Source: the human T2T-CHM13v2.0 reference genome, Homo sapiens
DNA length: 64,000 nucleotides
Reading direction: 5' to 3' (one strand)
Assembly: GCF_009914755.1 (NCBI RefSeq)
Contig: NC_060931.1
Shown: piece by piece, positions 14,431 through 25,037 of the stretch
How the letters are laid out: each line of letters opens with the position of its first letter
Numbering within the stretch: position 1 is the stretch's first letter
Made by a program: the position numbers and the translations under genes
Notes under the pieces: generated by a model
The model's input: only the letters and a program-made list of their open reading frames with translations
Told to the model about the DNA's origin: nothing
Databases searched by the model: none

Positions 14431-14637
14431 GGCTTCTATTCTTAAAAAAATAAAATAAAAAATCAATTCCTAGAAAATAGTTCCTCACTTTGAATTATGT
14501 GGTTTCAGAATCTCCCTAGTAACTGTCTAGTTCAGAGAATGGCTAAAAAAAATACTGAAGAAAGAGCAAGCACTCCAGCAAAGCAGACACTTTTCCTAAG
14601 TATTTTCCTAATATTCTTTTTAAAAATTGTGTCTGAT

Positions 14638-14999
<362 letters not shown>

Positions 15000-15302
15000 T
15001 CATATTATGAGGTTCCTGACATTACGTGCTCCCCAGATACATTTCATTATGTTTGATAAATGAATTCTGACACATTCAACAGTCCATAGACATCAGAAAT
15101 CAAGTTTTTGAACCACATTCTATGACGGCAGTTTACAAACAGCACTGACACTCCAGAATTAGAAACACAAACACCACAGTGTGAGCAGCGGCCAGCTCGG
15201 AATCACGGAGTTCTAGGAGATGTTTTATACCTTCTTCTATTTTATAAGCTTTCTGCAACAAAAACTGCTTTTAATTAAAAATGTACAAGTAAGATATAAC
15301 CT

Positions 15303-15777
<475 letters not shown>

Positions 15778-15988
15778 TCAGAAACAACCTAAGTCACTGT
15801 TCTATTTTCGGGGTTGATTAATGGCGTCTTATTGCTCGTGTTGTCTAGAACTCACACATTTCGCTGGATGTGTCTGAGAGCCGCTGGATTTGTGAGATTC
15901 ACTGCTGGTCTTTGAGAACGTCCCCAAAACAGGCTGCAGCTCCCGACTGGCTGATCGCCGGCTCTCTGTTTCCCTTGCGCGTGTGGGA

Positions 15989-16194
15989 ATCAAGTGATTC
16001 TCCTGCCTCAGCCTCCTGAGTAGCTGGGACTACAGGCGCCCACCACCACGCCTGGCTATTTTTTTTTTTGTATTTTTAGTAGAGATGGGGTTTCACCGTG
16101 TTAGCCAAGATGGTCTCGATCTCCTGACCTCGTGATCCACCTGCTTCGGCCTCCCAAAGTGCTGGGATTACAGGCGTGAGTCACCGTGCTGGCC
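15989..16194 (-). mobile_element. Partial Alu
   Basis: Left arm and part of the right arm on the minus strand. Confidence 0.88.
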
Positions 16195-16484
16195 GCGTTT
16201 TTAGTTTTGACATCCGATTAAGGGGACAATACGGAGTCACTGAAGTGTGTTTCAGCTTGAGTGTGACTCGGATCCCGAGCGAGGCCAGGCAGCCACAGTG
16301 CCCACTGCAGAAGGAGGAGTTGCATGTGCCCACCCCCACGTGCCAGGCTTCTCCTCCAAGGGGGACCCCAGGGGCGCTGAGCCCGCCTGCAGATGCGGTT
16401 TTACCAAGGGCAGCGACAGCTCCAGGCACCCCTGGGGCCAGCTGGGTGCAAGCAGCATGAGTCACCTCGTATTTTAACAACTTC

Positions 16485-16620
16485 ATTCATTCATTTATTT
16501 TTTATAGAGACAGGGGTCTCACTCTGCTGCTGAGGCTGGTCTCTAACTCCTGGTTTCAAGTGATCCTCCCACATCGGGCTCCCAAAGCGCTGCGGTTTCA
16601 AGTATGAGCCCCCAGGCCCC
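16485..16620 (-). mobile_element. FLAM/Alu monomer
   Basis: AGAGACAGGGGTCTCAC..GGCTGGTCTCTAACTCCTGG..CTCCCAAAGCGCTG. Confidence 0.7.
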
Positions 16621-17756
16621 GCTGTCTGGGTCGTTTCAGAGCTGAAGGTGCTGCTGTGAAGATGACATTTCCTGGTGAAGGCTGTATCTATCCCGGGCTT
16701 TCTGGCCTCAGGCCGACTCACAGACACGGCTGTCGGTCAGAATTCTGCAGATTATTCCTGGAAATACTATTCAGTCTCATGTCTACTGTGAAACAAAACC
16801 CCCTACTCCCGTAAGATCCCGCCTCTCTACTTTTCTCCAGAATTTCCTAACCCGGATGGCTTCTCTTCTCTTCCCTCTGCGTGCGCCTAAAACGGAGCTT
16901 CGACCCAGAGGGGACCCGTGAAGCGGCGACTCTGCGGATGGGAAGTCCCCCTCCCTCCGGGCCCTGGCGGGGACTCACTTCCAGGCACTGAGAGGCCGCT
17001 GGACGGGAGCACAGGGCGCTGCAGAAAGCGCTGGGACCTGGGTCTCTGGCTCAGCTGACCCCCTGACCAAGGCCGGGAGACGCCCGCCGGGCCCCACGGA
17101 TTTGGCCTGGACCCCCCGGCCGCTCTGGGGTGGAGAGCGGCGGACAGTGCAGGTGGCGGAGGGGGCCACAGTCCTGGTCTTCGACGCCGGCTCCGGGCTG
17201 TGCTCTCTGCTGAGACCCAAGGGTCCTCCCGGGGATCCCGGCGCCCGGAAAGCACCACCGAGTCTCAGGCGCGCCCAGGGCGCACGGGACCGGGGCTCAC
17301 GGCACCGGGGCGCTCCGAGGAGACTTCCGCCAGTGCAGGGAGCCTGCGAGGACACCCCAAGCTGCCTCCAGGGACGGGGACGGAGCGAGCCCTGCCCTGA
17401 GCGCCCCAGGAAGGGAGCCGGGTAGGGGGGGCCGCCCCGCCCGTCGGACCACCCAGCGCGCCGCCTCCTCCTCCCTCCCCCCGCGGCGGTCAGAGGGTCA
17501 CCCAGACGCCCCACACCGCTCCCCTCGGCCGCTTTACCGGTGGCTGGGGCCTCCCCCGCGCCGGGATTGGATGCGAGAGGACGGGGTGGGGGCAGGCGGG
17601 GGACCCCAGGAGCCCAGGTTCCCGCTCCGGCGGAGAGAAGCCCGCAGTGCAGTCGTTGCTGGGCCGCGTAGAGAGGGCTCTGCGCGAAGCCGGCGGGCGG
17701 CGCGGAGGAGGCGGCAATTGCAGCCGGGACCCCCAGCAAGCGCCGAGCGCGCCAGG

Positions 17757-17863
17757 ATGTTTGACAGCTCGCAGTATCCCTACAACTGCTTCAATTACGA
17801 CGCCGACGACTACCCCGCCGGCAGCTCCGACGAAGACAAGAGGCTCACGCGGCCCGCGTACAG
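17757..17863 (+). CDS. FOXL3: FOXL3 coding exon 1
   Basis: ATG in context gccAGGATGT. Encodes [35 protein letters not shown]+AG. Donor CAG|GTGACT at 17863/17864 (phase 2). Confidence 0.88.
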
Positions 17864-19075
17864 GTGACTGCGGGGGCGGTGCTGGGGCTTTGGGGGACAG
17901 TGACACCCCCTGCAAGGGTCCCAGGTAGCCGGGACCTGCCTGGGACGAAGGAAGGGCGGGGGAGCTTTCTTCTCTCCGGCGGCGGAGCTCAGAGAAAGGA
18001 CGCATTTGTCCCTACTTTGGGGAGAGCCAGGGAGGGTTCTTGGCCTCGCGGGGAGGGGCCTCCGCAGGTCGGGAAAGAGCTTCTGGGGTCTGGGTGGCGC
18101 CGGGGACCGCGAGCTGCGGGGACACTTTCCCCAACACCGCCTCGCTCCTCCGCCTCTGCGCCCCACGGCGTCCTGCGGGATGGGGGGAAGGACGGGGGGC
18201 TGCCCGGTGGAGACCCCGCCTGACCCCCGGGCTCCGCAGCTACATCGCCTTGATCGCCATGGCCATTCAGCAGAGCCCCGCGGGGAGGGTGACCCTGTCC
18301 GGCATCTACGACTTCATCATGCGCAAATTCCCCTATTACCGCGCCAACCAGCGCGCCTGGCAGAACTCCATCCGCCACAACCTGTCCCTCAACAGCTGCT
18401 TCGTCAAGGTGAGCGCCGCCCCCGACGGGCCCCGGGTGTCCCCGCGTGGCGACACCTGCGCCAGGGCCTCGGTGGCGGGGAAGGGAGGGCACCGCGGCGG
18501 CTGCGGGGAGGTCCGTCCTCAGCCCACGGGGCCGCCTCCACCTGCGCAGTGCGCCACCCTCGCCCCGGTCCAGGGCGCCCCGAGGGGACAAGGCGGGCGG
18601 GCGCACCGTGCAGCGGAGCCGCTCCCAGCCCCTCCCTCCGCGCGCGCAGGTGCCGCGGTCCGAGGGCCACGAGAAGGGCAAAGGCAACTACTGGACGTTC
18701 GCGGGCGGCTGCGAGTCGCTGCTGGACCTCTTCGAGAACGGCAACTACCGGCGGCGGCGGCGGCGGCGCGGCCCCAAGCGCGAGGGGCCGAGGGGTCCGC
18801 GCGCGGGGGGCGCCCAGGGGCCGTCGGGTCCGTCCGAGCCGCCCGCCGCTCAGGGGCGCCTGGCCCCGGACAGCGCTGGCGAGGGCGCCCCGGGCCGTGA
18901 GCCCCCCGCCAGCCCCGCTCCCCCGGGGAAGGAGCACCCCCGGGACCTCAAGTTCAGCATCGACTACATCCTGTCCTCCCCAGACCCCTTCCCTGGGCTC
19001 AAGCCGCCCTGCCTCGCACAAGAGGGCAGATACCCGCGGCTGGAGAACGTGGGACTCCACTTTTGGACAATGTGA
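17757..19075 (+). CDS. FOXL3: Forkhead box protein L3, spliced CDS join(17757..17863,18240..18408,18650..19075), 233 aa
   Basis: Joining at canonical GT-AG sites gives 107+169+426=702 nt in one open frame: [10 protein letters not shown]...[76 protein letters not shown]...[13 protein letters not shown]...FSIDYIL...HFWTM*. This is a complete winged-helix domain with a FoxL-type FENGNYRRR end, inside a CpG island. Confidence 0.93.
18240..18408 (+). CDS. FOXL3: FOXL3 coding exon 2 (forkhead helices 1-3)
   Basis: Acceptor ctccgcAG|C with a CTGAC branch-like site at 18220-18224. Encodes [10 protein letters not shown]...[17 protein letters not shown]. Donor AAG|GTGAGC at 18408/18409 (phase 0). Confidence 0.95.
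18650..19075 (+). CDS. FOXL3: FOXL3 coding exon 3 (wing region, poly-Arg, eh1, stop)
   Basis: Acceptor ccctccctccgcgcgcgcAG|GTG. Encodes [15 protein letters not shown]... through TGA at 19073-19075. Confidence 0.93.
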   Translation: MPRSEGHEKGKGNYWTFAGGCESLLDLFENGNYRRRRRRRGPKREGPRGPRAGGAQGPSGPSEPPAAQGRLAPDSAGEGAPGREPPASPAPPGKEHPRDLKFSIDYILSSPDPFPGLKPPCLAQEGRYPRLENVGLHFWTM

Positions 19076-21025
19076 TGTGGAGCCACCCTGGAGGCCCCTG
19101 CAGTTCAGTCTGGGGTCTTCCCCGGACCCTCCCTGGAAAGACGATTCCAGCCCCACCTTGAGCCAGGAAGCCAGGGTTCGGCAAATCCTACAATTTCTCC
19201 TGCAGACAGAAGGTCAGGTGCCACACCAGGCCTGGACTGGGGGGACAGGCGGAGGTGGAGCTCCTTAAAGGTATAGACTGTGAGGCTGTGACTTGACCTG
19301 TTGGGAAAACAGTTCTCTTGCAGGGAAAACCCCACTGGGTTCCGGTTTTACCTAAGGGTTTGCTCTGGACTGACCTAGTGCTCTTGCTCTGAGGGATAAA
19401 CACAGGGTCATGTTCCCTGGAGCTGGGAGATATTTCATTCCTCAGTCACTTGAGGGCGAGTTTTCTAGGCAGCCACACCCCAATAAGCCACAAGTGCCCA
19501 GTGTGCGGTCAGTGGGCTGGTTCGCGTCGTCCCCATGGTTAAAATAATAGTGGTAAGGCACAAACCGTGAAGAGAGAGGGCAGTCAGCCCCACGAATTAG
19601 TCACCCCAAAGCTGATGATGGTGTCCGTGCTAGCGGTGACGTGCTCAGAAGTGACAAATGTATCTTGTTGTGTCAGCTGAGTATTTTGGTGACAGTTTAA
19701 GAAATCCATTGTGCTTTTTATACCAGAAGGGAGAAAGACAAGGTGGGAAGGAGGGGCCCAGATTTGGGATGATACTGGGGCAAAGTCCAAATTTCTTGAT
19801 TCTTCAGAGCAGGGAGTAAGCCCTGATTCAGGCACCTTCCATCAACTGGATTCCCAAAAAATCAGGCCCCCAAGAGAGCAGGCTGTTGATAAAATTCCTG
19901 TGACACCTCTCAGTGCACGGTTACAAGTATCCGAGGTGGGTGCACTCCACTTGAAATGTAAAGGATTTAATTACTGTGTGGAGACGGGCATTCTAAAAAC
20001 ACAATTATGCACAGTGAAACTATTTGACCAGCCTCATCATTTTTCACCAGCTCATTTTTGCAGAGTTAATTGCTTTCAGTGACTTAATTTGAACATTAGT
20101 ATGGATTACACCTAATCTGATTCACTCGGTGACAACGAGTGGCTAATTTTGTGAATGGCAAAAACACGCCCAAGGAGGCTGGCTGTCTCGTTTGGGAATC
20201 ACATAGTCTTGCTCTATTGGACCCTTAAAAACAGGGGCTGGGCGGCCGTGAAGGCAGGCGGGCTGCAGAGACAGACCAGAACATGCAAAAGATGCTTGGC
20301 CCTGGCTGGCTTCGTCTCTATTCGGAAGAATCCAAGTATTCCCCCACTCACCTGCCCTGTAAATAGACTCGATGTGTTTGGTTCATTGTTTTGAGAAAAG
20401 GGAGGAAGCCGTTGCTGACAGACACTGTGAACGCCTGGCCCGGTGGTGATGCACCCACTCCCTGGCCTCCGGGCCCGGACAACCGCAGCCTCTGCCTACA
20501 AGGGCACCCTTCGCCCAGGGAGAAGGAGTCGGAGTCCGGCCTCAAATGCCTGTTCCTGGAAGTGGAAATGAGGCTTGCAATGTGGACACCTTTCCTTTGC
20601 AAATATCATCTTCTGGTTTCCAGAACTCTCTGCTGGGAGAGCAGCCACGTTCCTGGTGCTCCCGCCGCCCACCGGGTGTAGGATCCTAGGAGATGGGTGC
20701 TGCGGCTCTCACGCCCGTTTCACAGATGGGAACCTGCATCACAGGCATGCAGCTCCGGGTTGGCTCCTCACCCCCTCCATGCTGGCTTGCACAGGCTACC
20801 AGCATGGTGTGTACACGTGTGTGTGTGTGTCTGTGTGTATCATGGTGTGTGACCTGTGTCTGTCTGTACTCCTGTTATTTATATCCCTTTGCTGGTTGTG
20901 CTAAAAGCATAGATTTAAATCATACAAGATGTAATTTAGATGGTCATAAGAGGCAGATGCTCCCATACATAAGTATATGGCAAAGAAAGTATCTGAAGAT
21001 ATATTTTTCTGCTACCAACAGAGGA

Positions 21026-21031
21026 AATAAA
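21026..21031 (+). terminator. Candidate polyadenylation signal for FOXL3 or an overlapping transcript
   Basis: AATAAA followed by U/GU-rich TTTTGTCTTTTG. It is the first canonical hexamer I noticed after the stop codon. No transcript evidence is available. Confidence 0.35.
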
Positions 21032-23719
21032 ATTTACATTTTGTCTTTTGAGTTCCTGCACTTTGCTCTGGTAAGCAAAGCCTGATTTGGAACAACAACA
21101 GCAAAACCCCTTTTCCTAAACACTCTTGGGGGCCTCAAAATAAGTCAAGGTCTTCATAGCTCATCCTCTCTGAGGATATATTTGCGGCCAAAAGTAGACT
21201 CGACGCCTGGGAGAGGCAAGGGCGGCACTGGGGGAAATCTGTGTACTATGAGGTGTAGCATTTGTTTTGCAAAGGATATCAATCATATTTTTAAAAGCAA
21301 AGGGACATTTTCAATTTGCCAGTGCATGACACCCTGCAACTTCAGAAAGGTTCCCAGCCCTTAGAGTGAATGGCATTTAATACCAGCAACAAAACAGGGT
21401 GAGGGCTGGCTGTGACCTATTCAAATGTCGCCGCCACCACGCACGCTTGCCCAACGCAATTATAATTAAATACTTTATGCCTTTCTTGCAAATCCGCTGA
21501 TTGATCATCGATATGTACATTACCCCCGAGCAGATGTCTGCCACACGCGGGTTACGGATCACCAGGCTTCCATTAACAAAGCTGGGAGGTGCTGCCGAGC
21601 GGACGTTTGGGGCGGCGTGTGCAAATGACTGTGCTTGGGACCAAAGTTCCCAGGCTGGGTGGCACCTGGGCCCTGAGCTCCGTTTCCCGAGACTTTAGGG
21701 CGCCCCTTCTCACAGAAGCTGGGCAGAGGCTCCTCTACCAAGTGTCGCAGGAATGAGGGGTCGGCCCCCGGTTGTTCCTGGAAGGTGGAGAATCCCAGCC
21801 ACGTTTATCCCTCCCTCCCACAGATGGAAGCAGGACAGCGGCAGATTTGAGAGCAACCACCAGGTCCCTGAGTGCAAACTGACCACAGATGAGCCCCTCC
21901 TCCCCACTGCTGACTTGCTGGGTATAGCGGAGCAGCACCCCTCCAGAGAGCCCTCCTGGGCTGACACCTGCCCTTTGCACCCAGCTGAAATAAAACTCTT
22001 GGAATCTGCTGTCCATTGGCCCCTGGTCTGCCTCCTGGGGAAGAAGAGAAAAAAAGCCTCCTTCCTCTTCAAATTCCTTCGGTCCTTGATTGAGCAGGGT
22101 GGGGGCTGCTTGTTTATTCATTAGCAAACATTCGTGAGCCCTGAGCTAGGAGATGGGGCGCAACCATGAACCCAAGAGGCCCAGACTGCAGCCCCACAGC
22201 ACACGCGTGAAGTAGACAGGCGGCTTCTGCGTGCTTGCAGAGCCCCGCGCCGGATGTGTCAGGAAGGGAGCGCACAGGGCGCTGAGCAGAGGATAACTGA
22301 GTGTGCAAAGTGCATGGCCAGGCCGGGCTCTCGGGAGCTGAGGTCGTGTCGGTGAGCTGGAACAACGAGCCAGGAGGAAAGGGCATTCCGCGTAGGGGGC
22401 AGCCTGTGCCAAGCCCTGTGCTGGGAGCCAGAGGCCAGTGTGACCGGAGGGAGGTGCAGGCAGGGAGCTACGCCCGTCCGGCCCCCAAGTCCAGGCCAGA
22501 CTGACTGCCTCTTCAGCCCTTGATATGCAGCTCCTGCATCCGCCTCCATTTGTCCCTGTTCCTTCTGATATGTCGAACTCCTGCACAGCCCAGAAGGATA
22601 ATCACCTCCCATGGTCTGGGCGCTTGGCCTTGGTTAATGTGGCCTCAGCATACACCACACACTACTCTTGCTCCTGTCCCCAAGTGTTTCTTCCTGGCCA
22701 GTTCCTTCCTGTGCTCATGGAAGGTGAGGATGGTGTGCAGAGGGTGGGGGTCTCCATGAGCCCCTCCTCAGTGTCGCCCAGCCAGGACAGCTGCCCTGGA
22801 GGTCTGCAGTGGCACTGGTTTTCCTGGGAGAGAGGGGCACCAGGCGGGAGTCGTGCCACTGTGTGTCCTCGGCAGGGTCCTCTGCCCACTGGAGTCTGAG
22901 GCTCCTTGCCCGTGGCACAGGCTGTGCACAGCACCATCCAGGGCTCAGGCGAGAGGCTCTCAGCTGGACTCATGGGCCCTGGCCCAGCTCTGCTCCCACC
23001 TCACGCCCCGGTGCATCTGCCTGGCCCTGGGACCCAGAAAAGGAAGGGGCCAGCTCCCTGGGGTATAAAGGCCTGAGTTGGGCGTCCCCGTGGAAACTGG
23101 CTCCCCGCAGTCCCCAGGCCACGGCGGCTTTCTGGGCACCTCCCTTCCCGGAAGCAGCCCCCGGACTCCCTGCCTCTTTCCCTGGGACACCGTGGTCTGC
23201 CCATGGGCACTGTCAGCTTCCTCATGGCCCCCTCCCATCTGACTGGCAGGCCAGGGGACAAGGACTTCCTCAGGATGGCACCTGGGCTGTGAGGGGCCAG
23301 AGGACATGGCCCCTGGTGGGCTGGGACTGGCACCAGGACACAGCTGGGTGTTTCCCACCTGGATTCTTCTGAGAGGCCTACACTGGCCTCCGCGCGGGGG
23401 TCTGGCGGCCCTCCCCTCTCTATCTTGGTTTCCTCTGTGGTTCTGCCTGGGTTTGGGGATCAGGGGTGCCACCACTCCCATCACCCCAGGCTGTGACAGG
23501 GCTGGGCTCCTGAAACTGCTCGGTTCTAACTTTCCGGCCCCCGCCCTGCCCCAGGGCCAGCCAAGTTCCTCTCCATGCTGAGGGCCCTGGAGTCTCTCCG
23601 TGTACACATTCCAGAGGAGGAACCCAAACAGGCTGTTTCTCACCAAAATATGAAACTGAAAACAAGCACAGGGCCTGCCGGAGGCTGCCTGCGGCCTGGG
23701 GACTCAGGGTCCGACTTTG

Positions 23720-24125
23720 CCCCCTCCCGGCACTGCCTCACCACCCCTACACTCCCCAGCCTCCCCTTGGCCCCACCAGGCCCCACCTTGCACCCCCGCC
23801 TCCCTCCCCCAGGTCCTGCCCAGCCCCTCCTGGTGCCCTCAGCCCTGCCTGGTCCTCCTGGCACCTCCTGGTCCTCCTGGGTCTTTTCTGCCTCCTAGCC
23901 CCTCCCATTCTCCCCCCAGCCCCTCTCTACCCCCAACTCTTACTGGCCCTGTGGCACCCCCAGGTCCCCAGGCCCCTTCTGGACCCCCAGCCCTTCCAGC
24001 CTTCCCCCCGACCCTTGAACTCCCCCAACTCTCCTGGCTCCCCATGCCCCTCCTGGCCCTGCCTGGTCCCTCTTGCCCCCCCCCCCCACCCCGCCCCTCC
24101 ACCCTCCCCGAGCACAGCTGGCCCC
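23720..24125. repeat. C-rich low-complexity pyrimidine tract
   Basis: Degenerate CCTCCTGGCCCC-type motifs with a strong C skew. Confidence 0.7.
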
Positions 24126-24372
24126 CAGCTGCCAGGAGTCTGGGGGCCACCGGCGGCTTCATCAGACACAGGAGACTGTGCTTTGCACTCAGGCCAGTGC
24201 ACCTGAAATAGCTGCACGTGTCCAGTGCCTCAGGCCACCCCTGGGGCTAGACTGAGGGTCTCACTGACAAAACTCCACTAAAGATGGGGCTCAGGGGAGC
24301 AAGGTTTTGAGGGTCTTTGGTCAGGCTGAGGTCCCACAGTAAGTGTCTACTGAGAATGCCTGCCCCAGCATT

Positions 24373-25037
24373 GATGACGGGACGCAGGGCTGCGGGGTGG
24401 CGGGAGGAGGTGCTGGGAGGCACTGGACGCGTGGATGACGGGACGTGGGGCTGCGGGGTGGCGGGAGGAGGTGCTGGGAGGGAGTGGACGCGTGGACGAT
24501 GGGACGCGGGGCTGCGGGGTGGTGGGAGGAGGTGCTGGGAGGGAGTGGACGCGTGGACGATGGGACGCGGGGCTGAGGGGTGGCAGGAGGAGAAGCTGGG
24601 AGGGAGTGGACGCGTGGATGACGGGACGTGGGGCTGCGGGGTGGCGGGAGGAGGTGCTGGGAGGGAGTGGACACGTGGACGATGGGACGCGGGGCTGAGG
24701 GGTGGCGGGAGGAGGTGCTGGGAGGGAGTGGACACGTGGACGATGGGACGCGGGGCTGAGGGGTGGCGGGAGGAGGTGCTGGGAGGGAGTGGACGCGTGG
24801 ACGATGGGACGCGGGGCTGAGGGGTGGCGGGAGGAGGTGCTGGGAGGGAGTGGACACGTGGACGATGGGACGCGGGGCTGAGGGGTGGCGGGAGGAGGTG
24901 CTGGGAGGCACTGGACGCGTGGACGATGGGACGTGGGGCTGCGGGGTGGTGGGAGGAGAAGCTGGGAGGGAGTGGACACGTGGATGATGGGACGCAGGGC
25001 TGAGGGGTGGCGGGAGGAGGTGCTGGGAGGGAGTGGA
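24373..25037. repeat. G-rich minisatellite, 61-bp unit, ~11 copies
   Basis: Unit GATGGGACGCGGGGCTGAGGGGTGGCGGGAGGAGGTGCTGGGAGGGAGTGGACACGTGGAC. It shifts by 1 nt per 60-nt line. Confidence 0.97.

Larger units (their letters stand above)
16850..19100. promoter_or_regulatory. CpG island spanning the FOXL3 promoter and gene body
   Basis: Very high GC with abundant CpG. GC box CCCCGCCC at 17435-17442 and inverted CCAAT (ATTGG) at 17566-17570 upstream of the ATG. Boundaries estimated by eye. Confidence 0.85.

Noticed and set aside
17989-19268. Long alternative-frame and antisense ORFs over FOXL3 (232, 250 and 420 aa)
   Set aside because: These are shadows of very high GC content and the real CDS. 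They are low-complexity with no recognisable domain.
23063-23070. TATA-like GTATAAAG
   Set aside because: Isolated motif with no supporting promoter or downstream exon structure.
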